A DNA stretch of 64,000 bases. Source: a virus. Each line of letters begins with the position of its first letter. The first letter of the stretch is position 1. Below, piece after piece: positions 49,959 to 58,087 of the stretch. The DNA is taken from IMG/VR virus record IMGVR_UViG_3300017973_000001, positions 1-64,000 of that record. The stretch is one strand, 5' to 3'. A model generated the notes under the pieces. That model saw only the letters and a program-made list of their open reading frames with translations. It searched no databases and had not been told where the DNA came from. A program made the translations under genes and the position numbers.

Positions 49959-50243
49959 TTAGTATTTTATTCCGGTATACTGTCTAAAATTTTTACCTCC
50001 GTCTTTCATGTAAGTCTTTAATTTATTCATAAATTGTTCGTCCTGTAATGCAAGTTCGACAATAAATGCCTGGGCACTTCCTAAACTTCGATTACGTTTA
50101 CAACGTTCATTAAAACGGGGGTGGCGAAAATCAATGTTTTTACATACTTCCTCTAATGTAAAGAAATTCATACCAGTATAAGTACTAGTGACCCGTTCAT
50201 ATATTTCATGATTACCTTCATAAGTATGTTTCTTTTTAGCCAT
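49959..50243 (-). CDS. Hypothetical protein
   Basis: RBS GGGGGG. Confidence 0.6.
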   Translation of the reverse strand: MAKKKHTYEGNHEIYERVTSTYTGMNFFTLEEVCKNIDFRHPRFNERCKRNRSLGSAQAFIVELALQDEQFMNKLKTYMKDGGKNFRQYTGIKY

Positions 50244-50318
50244 AGTAAAAAGCCCCCCTTCTCTTTGTAAGAGTATATGAGGGCTTTTCCAATTTTAGAA
50301 CACAGAGCACACTAAAAG

Positions 50319-51029
50319 TTAGATTTCATCAAAGAATTTTGTAGTCCACGGTGAAGCTTCTTCAACTTCCTTACGGATCAACTCAGCTAACTCCTGGATT
50401 TCATCTTGTGCATGCGTACCTTTACGTCTCTTAGAATAAAAATCTAGTATTCCACGTAAGTTACCAGTCATTACAAAATTACATGAAGCTGACAACGGTA
50501 AAGCCATACGTGCTTTTTCTGCTGATACACCTAACTCGCGTAATTTATCATAAGCAACCTGGGACTGATCCATTGCGTCTAGGAAAGTTTCTAATGCCTC
50601 CCCTTCTAGACCGTCCGGAACAACAAATGACATTCCTTGAGATTTATCTTCGCTACCAAACTTTACATATCGCATACTTTGAACACTAAATGAGTACATA
50701 CGGTGGCGAGTAATCTGTCCAAGAAGAACTCTCGATACCCCTTCGACTGCAAATGTGTAGTTGTCATGTTCTAATGTACTAGTATGGCCACTACGTACAA
50801 TGTGACGAATTAAACGGTCAGATTCAGTTCCACCTTCCCCGTCTTTTGCTATTTCGCCAAAATATTTTCCCCCTTCAACCTCTACGATCTCAGTTGGTTT
50901 CAAGTGAGAATAACATGTACGAATTGCAGTTAGTGATAAGATTTCGCTATCTTTCACATTTCTATACTTAGCTAATTTTTTCCTAAATTTGTCGGATAAT
51001 TGTGTATGTGCTAGTAACGTGATTTCCAT
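50319..51029 (-). CDS. thyX: Flavin-dependent thymidylate synthase
   Basis: GHTSTLEH, RHRxxSFSVQSxRY, ARMALP, HAQDEI. Confidence 0.95.
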   Translation of the reverse strand: MEITLLAHTQLSDKFRKKLAKYRNVKDSEILSLTAIRTCYSHLKPTEIVEVEGGKYFGEIAKDGEGGTESDRLIRHIVRSGHTSTLEHDNYTFAVEGVSRVLLGQITRHRMYSFSVQSMRYVKFGSEDKSQGMSFVVPDGLEGEALETFLDAMDQSQVAYDKLRELGVSAEKARMALPLSASCNFVMTGNLRGILDFYSKRRKGTHAQDEIQELAELIRKEVEEASPWTTKFFDEI

Positions 51030-51108
51030 AATTCAGCAATTTCCCCTTTTCGTTCGACTATGTAGGTTAGACCTCACATAGTTCTTATACGAAAAAGAGA
51101 GACGTTAA

Positions 51109-51300
51109 TTAACGTCCCCTTTTCTTCATTCTCTTGCTGAGAGTTTTCATTACTATCACACACTCATCTGAACAGATGTAAGTAGCAAAATCATTATGAA
51201 TTTGGTAAGTGTGTTTACCACAAACACCACATTCCCCGGCTTGCTCTACATTGTAAGTCAATACTTCTGACTTGTTTTTTAATATAGCTTTATTCTCCAT
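51109..51300 (-). CDS. Small zinc-binding protein
   Basis: CGVC...CSDEC. Confidence 0.6.
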   Translation of the reverse strand: MENKAILKNKSEVLTYNVEQAGECGVCGKHTYQIHNDFATYICSDECVIVMKTLSKRMKKRGR

Positions 51301-51438
51301 AATGTACTGACCCCCTAGAATAAGTTAAGCCCCATTAAGGGGCCCCGGAAGAAAATAAAATCCACACATTAACTTATACTACTTAGTCAGCCTGGAAGTT
51401 AATTTTTATCATAAAATAAATTATTTTACGTTTTCTAT

Positions 51439-51468
51439 GTATAAAATATTATTCGTTTGGCAATACTA
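51439..51468 (+). promoter_or_regulatory. SigF(/SigG)-type forespore promoter
   Basis: GTATA-N15-GGCAATACTA fits the sigF consensus GYATA-N15-GGnnAnAHTR exactly. Confidence 0.75.
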
Positions 51469-51473
51469 ATAAT

Positions 51474-51660
51474 ACTGAAGAATGGTAACAAGTAAACTTT
51501 CTGAAGTGATCTGAGTTTGCTAATTGTTATTGGGTTATTATTTTGTTACCCTATTCCCTACCTAAAAATTTTTCTATCACTCCGTCCCCTCCTTAGACCT
51601 AAACTGCGTTATTGTGTGCAGAGCACATTAATGCATGGTCGAGAGGAGGAGGCTTTTTTA
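51474..51660 (+). ncRNA. CsfG-like sporulation sRNA candidate (~185 nt)
   Basis: sigF promoter; 5' stem GGTAACAA/TTGTTACC; pyrimidine motifs CCCTATTCCCT and CACTCCGTCCCCTCCTT; long terminal hairpin plus T-run; no ORF. Confidence 0.6.
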
Positions 51661-51696
51661 TTTTTATTCTATTAATATAGTAACCTATAAGTATAC

Positions 51697-51732
51697 AAAA
51701 ACCCCTTAAAGGAACATTCCTCTAAGGGGTTT
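51697..51732 (-). terminator. Terminator of the parMR operon
   Basis: AAAAACCCCTTA...TAAGGGGTTT. Confidence 0.7.
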
Positions 51733-51744
51733 ACTATTTTAATA

Positions 51745-52131
51745 TTAAGATAGACGGCCACTTATCATTTCGTCAGAAAATCTTTTTTCTAGCTCCTCAT
51801 TTTTACCAGTCTCTTTTTTAGGTATTTGAGGCTTAACTGGTTTTTGTGTCGGTGGCTTAATAGGTTTAGTCTTAGGTTGCTCCACTTCCTCCATAATTTC
51901 TATATCAGTATTGTTACTTAATATATTTTGGATAAAGTCATTATGATTATTCTTAATCTCAAAACCACGGTATTTTAACCCGTCATAGAGAAGATCACGG
52001 ACAAACTCACTCAACTCACCTTTAGGTAGGTTATCAAGAATTGACACTAGCTCTTTATCTCGTACACTTCTAAGTGAGAAAGAAAAGATTGGACTTCTTT
52101 TCCCACCGTCAGCAGTTTTTTGGTTAGCCAT
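51745..52131 (-). CDS. parR: ParR-like ribbon-helix-helix adaptor
   Basis: FSFSL...DKEL...ELSEFVRDLL; low-complexity C-terminal tail; directly downstream of parM. Confidence 0.75.
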   Translation of the reverse strand: MANQKTADGGKRSPIFSFSLRSVRDKELVSILDNLPKGELSEFVRDLLYDGLKYRGFEIKNNHNDFIQNILSNNTDIEIMEEVEQPKTKPIKPPTQKPVKPQIPKKETGKNEELEKRFSDEMISGRLS

Positions 52132-52145
52132 GATAACCCTCCTAT

Positions 52146-53204
52146 TTATGATTTTTTACGTGATTTTCCGTAAGTTTCTCTTGCAGAACGGTTAGCTAAT
52201 TTATGGTACCCACGAACACATGAGAATCTACCTTCATTAACGATTTCAGCTCTAGGGAAGTTTGCTTTTAATATTGGAGTTATGTACTTACGTAGTACGT
52301 CACAACCTCCCCCAGTAAGAATAATAGTGTCGATTTCACTCTTAATATGGATTAACTTTTTGTCGAGTTCACCTACTAAACTTTGAGCATGAATTTGATA
52401 ATTCTCCTCAACAATTTTTCTAATATCAGTATCATTTGAGATAAATCCGGATTGAACGTATTGTGGGATACGTGCAATATTTATGCTTTTACCATAATTA
52501 ATTTCAATGTCGCTTTGAATACCGAGCCACGCTTCATACATACCTTCGTTAAGCGTTGTATTAATTTCCGGGATTGGTGTAAATCCTCTTGAAGCAGTTA
52601 AATTCCATGTACGAGCGCCTAAATCAAATACTATAGTAATTTTTGATAATTCTACACTGTCGGTAACAGAGCCATCATCTTGCAGTAGATAATTAGCAGT
52701 AGTACCAAAAGCCTGGTCCGTTATGAATGTCTTTTTAATATTTATAGCTTTTTGAATAATTGTCCCGTCAGCTAAAGTTACTTTCATTTCATGTGGTTTC
52801 TCAGTAAGTTTTTTTAATAATGCTATACGTTCCGGTACATATTGTTTAACTGGTAAGCCCATTACTAGTACATCTATGTCATCTTGATCCGGACCATTTT
52901 CTGTTAATAGCGTTAGCATTGTTTTAAACAGTGGGTCAAAATCATTTGCAAAATTATGTTTATTTTCTACGCCTTGCCACTTAGCTTTAGGGTTAAGATT
53001 TTGTGCTCCATACCCTACTAGCTTTCTAATATCATCACCGTATTCTACAGTTATATGGCTATGAGGCTCACTATAATCTCCGTCAATACCATTGTCTGGT
53101 TTTGGTACGAATTTGTGTACAAAATTAGGTAAAAATATCTCTAAATCGCCCTTTTTTCCTTTGAAATCTCCAAAGCCATCATCAATCCCAAGCACATTAT
53201 ACAT
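52146..53204 (-). CDS. parM: ParM/StbA actin-like segregation ATPase
   Basis: GIDDGFGDFK, MGLPV, FDLGART, LTGGG. Confidence 0.9.
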   Translation of the reverse strand: MYNVLGIDDGFGDFKGKKGDLEIFLPNFVHKFVPKPDNGIDGDYSEPHSHITVEYGDDIRKLVGYGAQNLNPKAKWQGVENKHNFANDFDPLFKTMLTLLTENGPDQDDIDVLVMGLPVKQYVPERIALLKKLTEKPHEMKVTLADGTIIQKAINIKKTFITDQAFGTTANYLLQDDGSVTDSVELSKITIVFDLGARTWNLTASRGFTPIPEINTTLNEGMYEAWLGIQSDIEINYGKSINIARIPQYVQSGFISNDTDIRKIVEENYQIHAQSLVGELDKKLIHIKSEIDTIILTGGGCDVLRKYITPILKANFPRAEIVNEGRFSCVRGYHKLANRSARETYGKSRKKS

Positions 53205-53249
53205 ATTAAATCCCTCCGGTTTTTAAAATACTAAACTACTTACAGTTAA

Positions 53250-53278
53250 ATATTACCATCTGTAAAACTAGTAATCAA
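53250..53278 (-). promoter_or_regulatory. SigA promoter of parMR
   Basis: TTGATT-N17-TAATAT on the minus strand. Confidence 0.6.
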
Positions 53279-53297
53279 GCTTTTTTATTGGTTAAAC

Positions 53298-53446
53298 CTA
53301 TAAAACTTATAAACTTTTTAATAATATGTTTTATTTTTACAATGAAAAAACTAAGAAAGTTTATAACATGTTATGAAAAAGTTTATAACATTTATGAACA
53401 TGTTATGAAAAGTTATAAACTTTTATGAATATATTCATAAAAACTA
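53298..53446. repeat. parC centromere-like repeat array
   Basis: AAAGTTTATAACAT x2, AACATGTTATGAAAA x2 and TTATAAACTTTT x2, immediately upstream of the parM promoter. Confidence 0.75.
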
Positions 53447-53534
53447 TTAACATTGGAGCTTTAAACCTACAAAATGCCTAACTAATACGTGGGTATATTG
53501 TCTAATCTAAGTTAGAAGTAGGGGAGGGGGTACT

Positions 53535-53909
53535 ATGTTGAAATTCAATCCATTCTCTAGCATTAGTAGTGTAGAAAAAGTAGGGATATGTTCTCTAACA
53601 ATTTGGTGGGGGCTTATATCGATCTTGCCGTTAGGGAAACTATTAAGTGAGCCATACTACACTCTATTAGCTGAGGTCAAAGACACTGGTTTTCTAGTAA
53701 TGATATTAGGTCTATTACTTCTGTATTCATTTTTAAATCATAAAAGAAAACTAGAAAAGTTCTGCTTACTATTTCTCACTTTTTACTGGTTTTATGTCGC
53801 CAAACTAGTAAATATCGAGGAAACATTTTTTATGCCTAGCACCATCTATCTGTTAATTGGTCTAGTAACAAGTTATTTATACGTCAAAGTGGGGGTGTTG
53901 GAGAAATGA
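53535..53909 (+). CDS. Multi-TM membrane protein of the lysis cassette
   Basis: About 4 hydrophobic segments; precedes holin-like genes. Confidence 0.6.
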   Translation: MLKFNPFSSISSVEKVGICSLTIWWGLISILPLGKLLSEPYYTLLAEVKDTGFLVMILGLLLLYSFLNHKRKLEKFCLLFLTFYWFYVAKLVNIEETFFMPSTIYLLIGLVTSYLYVKVGVLEK

Positions 53910-54253
53910 AACTAGATAGCACAGTTGTTAGCGCTCTATTTGGAGCTTCGGGAGTCGTTGTTACTAGCTTAGTAGGATTGATAGTAACAAAGGTCAATAA
54001 CAAGAAAGACGTTAAACTCTCAACAAGCGAGCGACTGTCTAACGATCAAACACAATTCTACGAAATGGTCATGAATGAAATTAAAGAAGTAAAAAAACGA
54101 GCTGACGAGGTTGAGCAAGAACTTGTACAGTGGCGTGAGGAAGCATTACAACTACGGATAGAAAACAAATCTCTTAAAAATAGGGTGGAAGAACTTGAAA
54201 AACTGATTACAAAATATCAAAAGGGAGAGATCAAAAATGAAACATATTCTTAA
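53906..54253 (+). CDS. TM-anchored coiled-coil protein (holin/XhlA-like accessory)
   Basis: N-terminal TM plus coiled coil; lysis context. Confidence 0.55.
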   Translation: MKLDSTVVSALFGASGVVVTSLVGLIVTKVNNKKDVKLSTSERLSNDQTQFYEMVMNEIKEVKKRADEVEQELVQWREEALQLRIENKSLKNRVEELEKLITKYQKGEIKNETYS

Positions 54254-54473
54254 AGAAGGTTTTTCAATCAATGAAGCTAAGTTTTCAGTGATTGTTCTAA
54301 TGACGTTAATTACGTTTGGTATAACGTTATACCAATTATTCAGTATAGGGCATATTACTAAGTCTTTACTGGACTTATTACAGTACCTATTGATGACTTT
54401 ATTTGGAGTGAATGTTGCAAATGGAGTTACTGGCGCTATATCAGATTTTAATAGCAATAAAGACGATAATTAA
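54237..54473 (+). CDS. Holin-like 2-TM protein
   Basis: Two TM segments; directly before the endolysin. Confidence 0.6.
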   Translation: MKHILKEGFSINEAKFSVIVLMTLITFGITLYQLFSIGHITKSLLDLLQYLLMTLFGVNVANGVTGAISDFNSNKDDN

Positions 54474-54518
54474 CTTTCTACCTATACTAACGTATAAGAT
54501 TAATAGGAGGGGATTAAT

Positions 54519-55262
54519 ATGACGTTTAATATGAAATATAACATCAACAAAGATTACATAGCTAAGGGTACTATGAAACGCCCTGGAAATGGGATTAAAG
54601 TACAATTTATCGTGGCTCATGACACTGGGAACCCTGGTTCAACTGCTCAAAATAACGTAGATTACTATAAACGTGTTGCTAATGAGTCTTATGCTTCAGC
54701 TCATATTTTCGTAGATGATAAGCAAATTCTTGAGTGTATCCCGGCTTTAACTGGTCCTACAGAAAGGGCTTATCACGTAATCTATGATGTTACTAAAGAT
54801 AATGAGTTATTTGGTGTTGACGCAAATGATGGGGCGATTGGAGTAGAGTTTTGCTATGGAAATGGCATTAATTTTACTGAAGCTTACAAGAAGTATGTAT
54901 GGGTTATTGCTTACATCTGCTTTAAGTTTAACATTGACCCACGTAAGAAAATTACTGGCCATTTCATCTTGGACCCGGCTCGTAAAACAGACCCGGTAGG
55001 GGGGCTGAAATTTGGTGGAAAGACTTTCCCACAATTTTTAGCTGATGTAGTTACTGAGTACAATAACTGTATCATTCCGGATCAACAAGTAAAGCCAATA
55101 CCTCAACCAACTGGTGTAACTTATAAAATTCAAAAAGATGATACATTTTGGGGAATAGCTACACGTTTACATATGAATGTAAATGACTTAATGAAGTTAA
55201 ACCCAGGTGTTGATCCTAAAAAGTTATCAGAAGGTATGGAGATTATCATTGGAAAAAAGTAG
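54519..55262 (+). CDS. Endolysin: Amidase_2 plus LysM
   Basis: VAHDTGNP, SAHIFVD, IGVEFC, GHFILDPARKTDP; LysM TYKIQKDDTFWGIA. Confidence 0.93.
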   Translation: MTFNMKYNINKDYIAKGTMKRPGNGIKVQFIVAHDTGNPGSTAQNNVDYYKRVANESYASAHIFVDDKQILECIPALTGPTERAYHVIYDVTKDNELFGVDANDGAIGVEFCYGNGINFTEAYKKYVWVIAYICFKFNIDPRKKITGHFILDPARKTDPVGGLKFGGKTFPQFLADVVTEYNNCIIPDQQVKPIPQPTGVTYKIQKDDTFWGIATRLHMNVNDLMKLNPGVDPKKLSEGMEIIIGKK

Positions 55263-55510
55263 AGGAATATATTAGGCCAACTGAAGCAAGTTCGCCTTTT
55301 ATAGTAAAAGAAGTACCGTACCCAGGAGACTTGAGAAAAGGCTCTAGAGGGGAGGGTGTTAAGTTACTTCAGCAGTACTTAGGAGCTGAACCGGATGGTA
55401 TATTTGGACCTAAGACTGAGAAGTTGCTTATTACCTACAAGAAAAGGGAAAGAATGAAGGACGTTAGTGGAGTTCTTAATTTCATGACCTGGTACAAGCT
55501 TGTTAAATAA
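55259..55510 (+). CDS. Start-less -1-frame extension of the endolysin encoding PG_binding_1 (83 codons)
   Basis: YPGDLRKGSRGEGVKLLQQYLGAEPDGIFGPKTE...SGVLNFMTW; entered via A AAA AAG at 55253-55259. Confidence 0.75.
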   Translation, partial: VEEYIRPTEASSPFIVKEVPYPGDLRKGSRGEGVKLLQQYLGAEPDGIFGPKTEKLLITYKKRERMKDVSGVLNFMTWYKLVK

Positions 55511-55511
55511 T

Positions 55512-55540
55512 AAATACCCACCTTAATCGGTGGGTATTTT
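55512..55540. terminator. Bidirectional terminator
   Basis: AAATACCCACC...GGTGGGTATTT, located after the extension stop codon. Confidence 0.75.
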
Positions 55541-55780
55541 AAAATCTTCTAGAACTGTTCTAACCACAGATATGTCATAACCTAGATGTGGCTCATAAGA
55601 TATTACATACGTATGTTGGTTTTTAAACCTAAGAAAAGTTTTTTTACGTCCTATCCTATGGATAACCTCAGAATTGTTTACTTCATATAGAATACGGTTA
55701 ATACACTGTATCCTATCCTCAATAATATTAACTCTTTGGTTATACCTCATAATCGCATGATCGCCTATCCAAAGTTGTTC
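55523..55780 (-). CDS. RelE/BECR (DUF4258-like) domain, probably expressed as a +1 frameshift extension of the S1 protein
   Basis: EQLWIGDHAIMRYNQRV...YVI...VVRTVL; the motif begins upstream of the first ATG (55750). Confidence 0.55.
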   Translation of the reverse strand, partial: EQLWIGDHAIMRYNQRVNIIEDRIQCINRILYEVNNSEVIHRIGRKKTFLRFKNQHTYVISYEPHLGYDISVVRTVLEDFKIPTD

Positions 55781-56663
55781 AAAGACACTCCTTTGATTGT
55801 TTTTCTATTTCTTTAACAAATAGCATGGAAATGTCCGGGTTAAATACTTTTTGAGCTTCTACAATACTACGCATAGTCCTAACAAGGCCATGTTGTTGTA
55901 CACTGCTCGCTAAAAGGTCTATTGCTTCATCACTTCTTAATTCAATATCTGCAAATTCTTTAATAAATCCGATTACATCTAAAAAGTCTTTTGTTTCTTT
56001 TAATTTCCCAGTATCAGAAGGTGCTATATCTAAAGGTGCAAGGTCAATTTTATTTATATTTTTTCTTTTTGAGTTATCGATACCGATTGTGCTAAGTTCC
56101 ATTTCATTTCGATTATTAATCTTATGGAAACTAGCTTTGATTAGATCGCCTTCCTCAAAGTATTCATGAATATCAGCTATATATGCGTCCTTAATACGTG
56201 ATACATGGACTAATCCTTGATATTTACCATCTAACGTTTTACATACTGCTCCAACATTAGTGAGTACTTTTACAACTTTTAAATCCAATAATTGTCCGTA
56301 GTAGAAAGGGGGCTTGTCAAAAGGTTTACTGTTGGTATCTTCTGAAGATTTATCTTTCAATGACTTGTTTTCTGTACTATAAACGACTTCTCTTTCATCA
56401 ACTTGATTATCTAGTTCGTTATCTAGTGGTGTATCAGTAGAATCATCATCTTTATACAAAAGTTCTTTGACGTTTAAGTCTTTATATATTCTGTAATAGT
56501 AGTAATTTACGTTTGCATACTGCATGTCATATTTAGTACATAGCCCACGGATGAAGTCAACACTAGTCATTTTATTTGTACCTTCAACCAGTGATATTAA
56601 ATAATCGTGAATTTCTTTTTTTAATTCTTCTTTTACTTTTTGTGAAAGCCTATTAGTTGCCAT
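55779..56663 (-). CDS. S1 RNA-binding domain protein
   Basis: GQLLDLKVVKV...GLVHVSRIKDAYIADIHEYFEEGD...ELS; probable ATG 56663 after AAGGAG. Confidence 0.8.
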   Translation of the reverse strand: MATNRLSQKVKEELKKEIHDYLISLVEGTNKMTSVDFIRGLCTKYDMQYANVNYYYYRIYKDLNVKELLYKDDDSTDTPLDNELDNQVDEREVVYSTENKSLKDKSSEDTNSKPFDKPPFYYGQLLDLKVVKVLTNVGAVCKTLDGKYQGLVHVSRIKDAYIADIHEYFEEGDLIKASFHKINNRNEMELSTIGIDNSKRKNINKIDLAPLDIAPSDTGKLKETKDFLDVIGFIKEFADIELRSDEAIDLLASSVQQHGLVRTMRSIVEAQKVFNPDISMLFVKEIEKQSKECL

Positions 56664-56726
56664 ACTGTGCTCCTTTGTAAACACTTTGAAGTTTTTAAAT
56701 TTTTACATAATAAAAAGGGCTATGTG

Positions 56727-56945
56727 CTATAAGCCCTTTTTCATTGATTTTCGGCCATCATTAAACAACTCAAGTTGTTCATTGATCTGTTTGCCGGCCT
56801 CATCCCATGCTGTTTTATAAACGGCAATATGATTTTCGCTTTCTTCAACTTCCACGCTAATTCCGGCATGGAATTGAATTGACTCATAGTTAGGGAGAGA
56901 TTTCTTATAAGTTACCGATACGTTTATGTTGTTTACTTTAGCCAT
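56727..56945 (-). CDS. Conserved phage hypothetical protein
   Basis: Probable start MAKV at 56945; NYESIQF motif. Confidence 0.6.
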   Translation of the reverse strand: MAKVNNINVSVTYKKSLPNYESIQFHAGISVEVEESENHIAVYKTAWDEAGKQINEQLELFNDGRKSMKKGL

Positions 56946-57321
56946 GTTGTTCTTCCTCCAAGCAGTTATCACAAATATCAAATATATTAGTAGATTCTTC
57001 GCCACAATCGGGACAGAAAGTAATTGGGTAACTTTCAAAAATTGAGCATGAGATTCCTTCTTTAGTAAGAAGACCGTTTCCGGAAAAACTAGCTAATACC
57101 TTTTTTGAGTCGTTTGTATAAAAGGGTTTGCCAGTAGTGAACCAGTTTTTAAACTGCTCTACGCTCAAAAACTCGTTCTCGAAAAAGCCATAGAGCAATC
57201 CATTTTCCTCAAACTGAATAAGGTGGGGTAGACCTCTAGAGTAGTCTACCTTTTTTACCTTACCCCATTTCCCACTAAATTTAATAGAACAAGAGGGTAG
57301 AATAAATACCTTATTACTCAT
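56938..57321 (-). CDS. Hypothetical protein with C-terminal zinc finger
   Basis: CPDCG...CDNC. Confidence 0.6.
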   Translation of the reverse strand: MSNKVFILPSCSIKFSGKWGKVKKVDYSRGLPHLIQFEENGLLYGFFENEFLSVEQFKNWFTTGKPFYTNDSKKVLASFSGNGLLTKEGISCSIFESYPITFCPDCGEESTNIFDICDNCLEEEQHG

Positions 57322-57715
57322 TGGGTAGATCCTTTATAATTAAACGTTCAATACCTGGTGACTGAAGCCAGGCATGTTCTTTTAATTCATCAAGGTTTAT
57401 TACGCCACTGTCAATCGCTCCGACTAATTTTTCCTCATCAACAATTAATTTACCGAACTCTTTTAAAAATCCCTTTGATTCAAGATATTCTGCGACTTTA
57501 TCCATATCGAACTTAGAGTTATCGCTTACAGAAACCTGTACTCTAAAGTTACCAATATCGGTTTTAGGCTTACCCATTCGTTGCAAGATAGAGACTATAT
57601 ACGGTTTATGCTCCTTCAACCAATTTTGGTCCTCTTTCACTCGTTTGTTACGGTAGTTATATTGTTCAAGAATAGTTAAATCTTCGGGTGTATAGTTGGA
57701 AAATATTGAACTCAT
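57314..57715 (-). CDS. Hypothetical phage protein
   Basis: RBS AGGAGGG; phage promoter upstream. Confidence 0.65.
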   Translation of the reverse strand: MSSIFSNYTPEDLTILEQYNYRNKRVKEDQNWLKEHKPYIVSILQRMGKPKTDIGNFRVQVSVSDNSKFDMDKVAEYLESKGFLKEFGKLIVDEEKLVGAIDSGVINLDELKEHAWLQSPGIERLIIKDLPNE

Positions 57716-57767
57716 TTTATCCCTCCTAGTTGTACACTTAAAATATACGACTATGGAGTTTAAAATG

Positions 57768-57956
57768 TTAATTTACTAATGTAAATGCTGAAACAATGGT
57801 AAGGATAACTGATGTAATAGCTGAGTTAGTAGTTAAGTCTCTAAATATATCATTGTCTTTTGTGATCGCTAGTATGTGAAAAATAATACTCAACGAAACT
57901 AGTATAATTGCCAACACTAAGAATACCATAGACTTATACCCCTCCCTATAAGTCAT
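57768..57956 (-). CDS. Small 2-TM protein
   Basis: Hydrophobic; probable ATG 57929 after GGGAGGGG. Confidence 0.5.
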   Translation of the reverse strand: MTYREGYKSMVFLVLAIILVSLSIIFHILAITKDNDIFRDLTTNSAITSVILTIVSAFTLVN

Positions 57957-58087
57957 AGTATAACCTAGCTTTTAGGCCAATACAAACAGAAGTTTGGAAA
58001 AATGAGGAATTTATTGAAGATTTTAGAAAAAGGGGTAGGAGAGGTTGTTAAATAATAAAATAGGGGGCAAAATGCCCCCAGTTAATA

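Noticed and set aside
53298-53446. Repeat tract as CRISPR array
   Set aside because: Short contiguous AT-rich repeats without unique spacers; position fits parC
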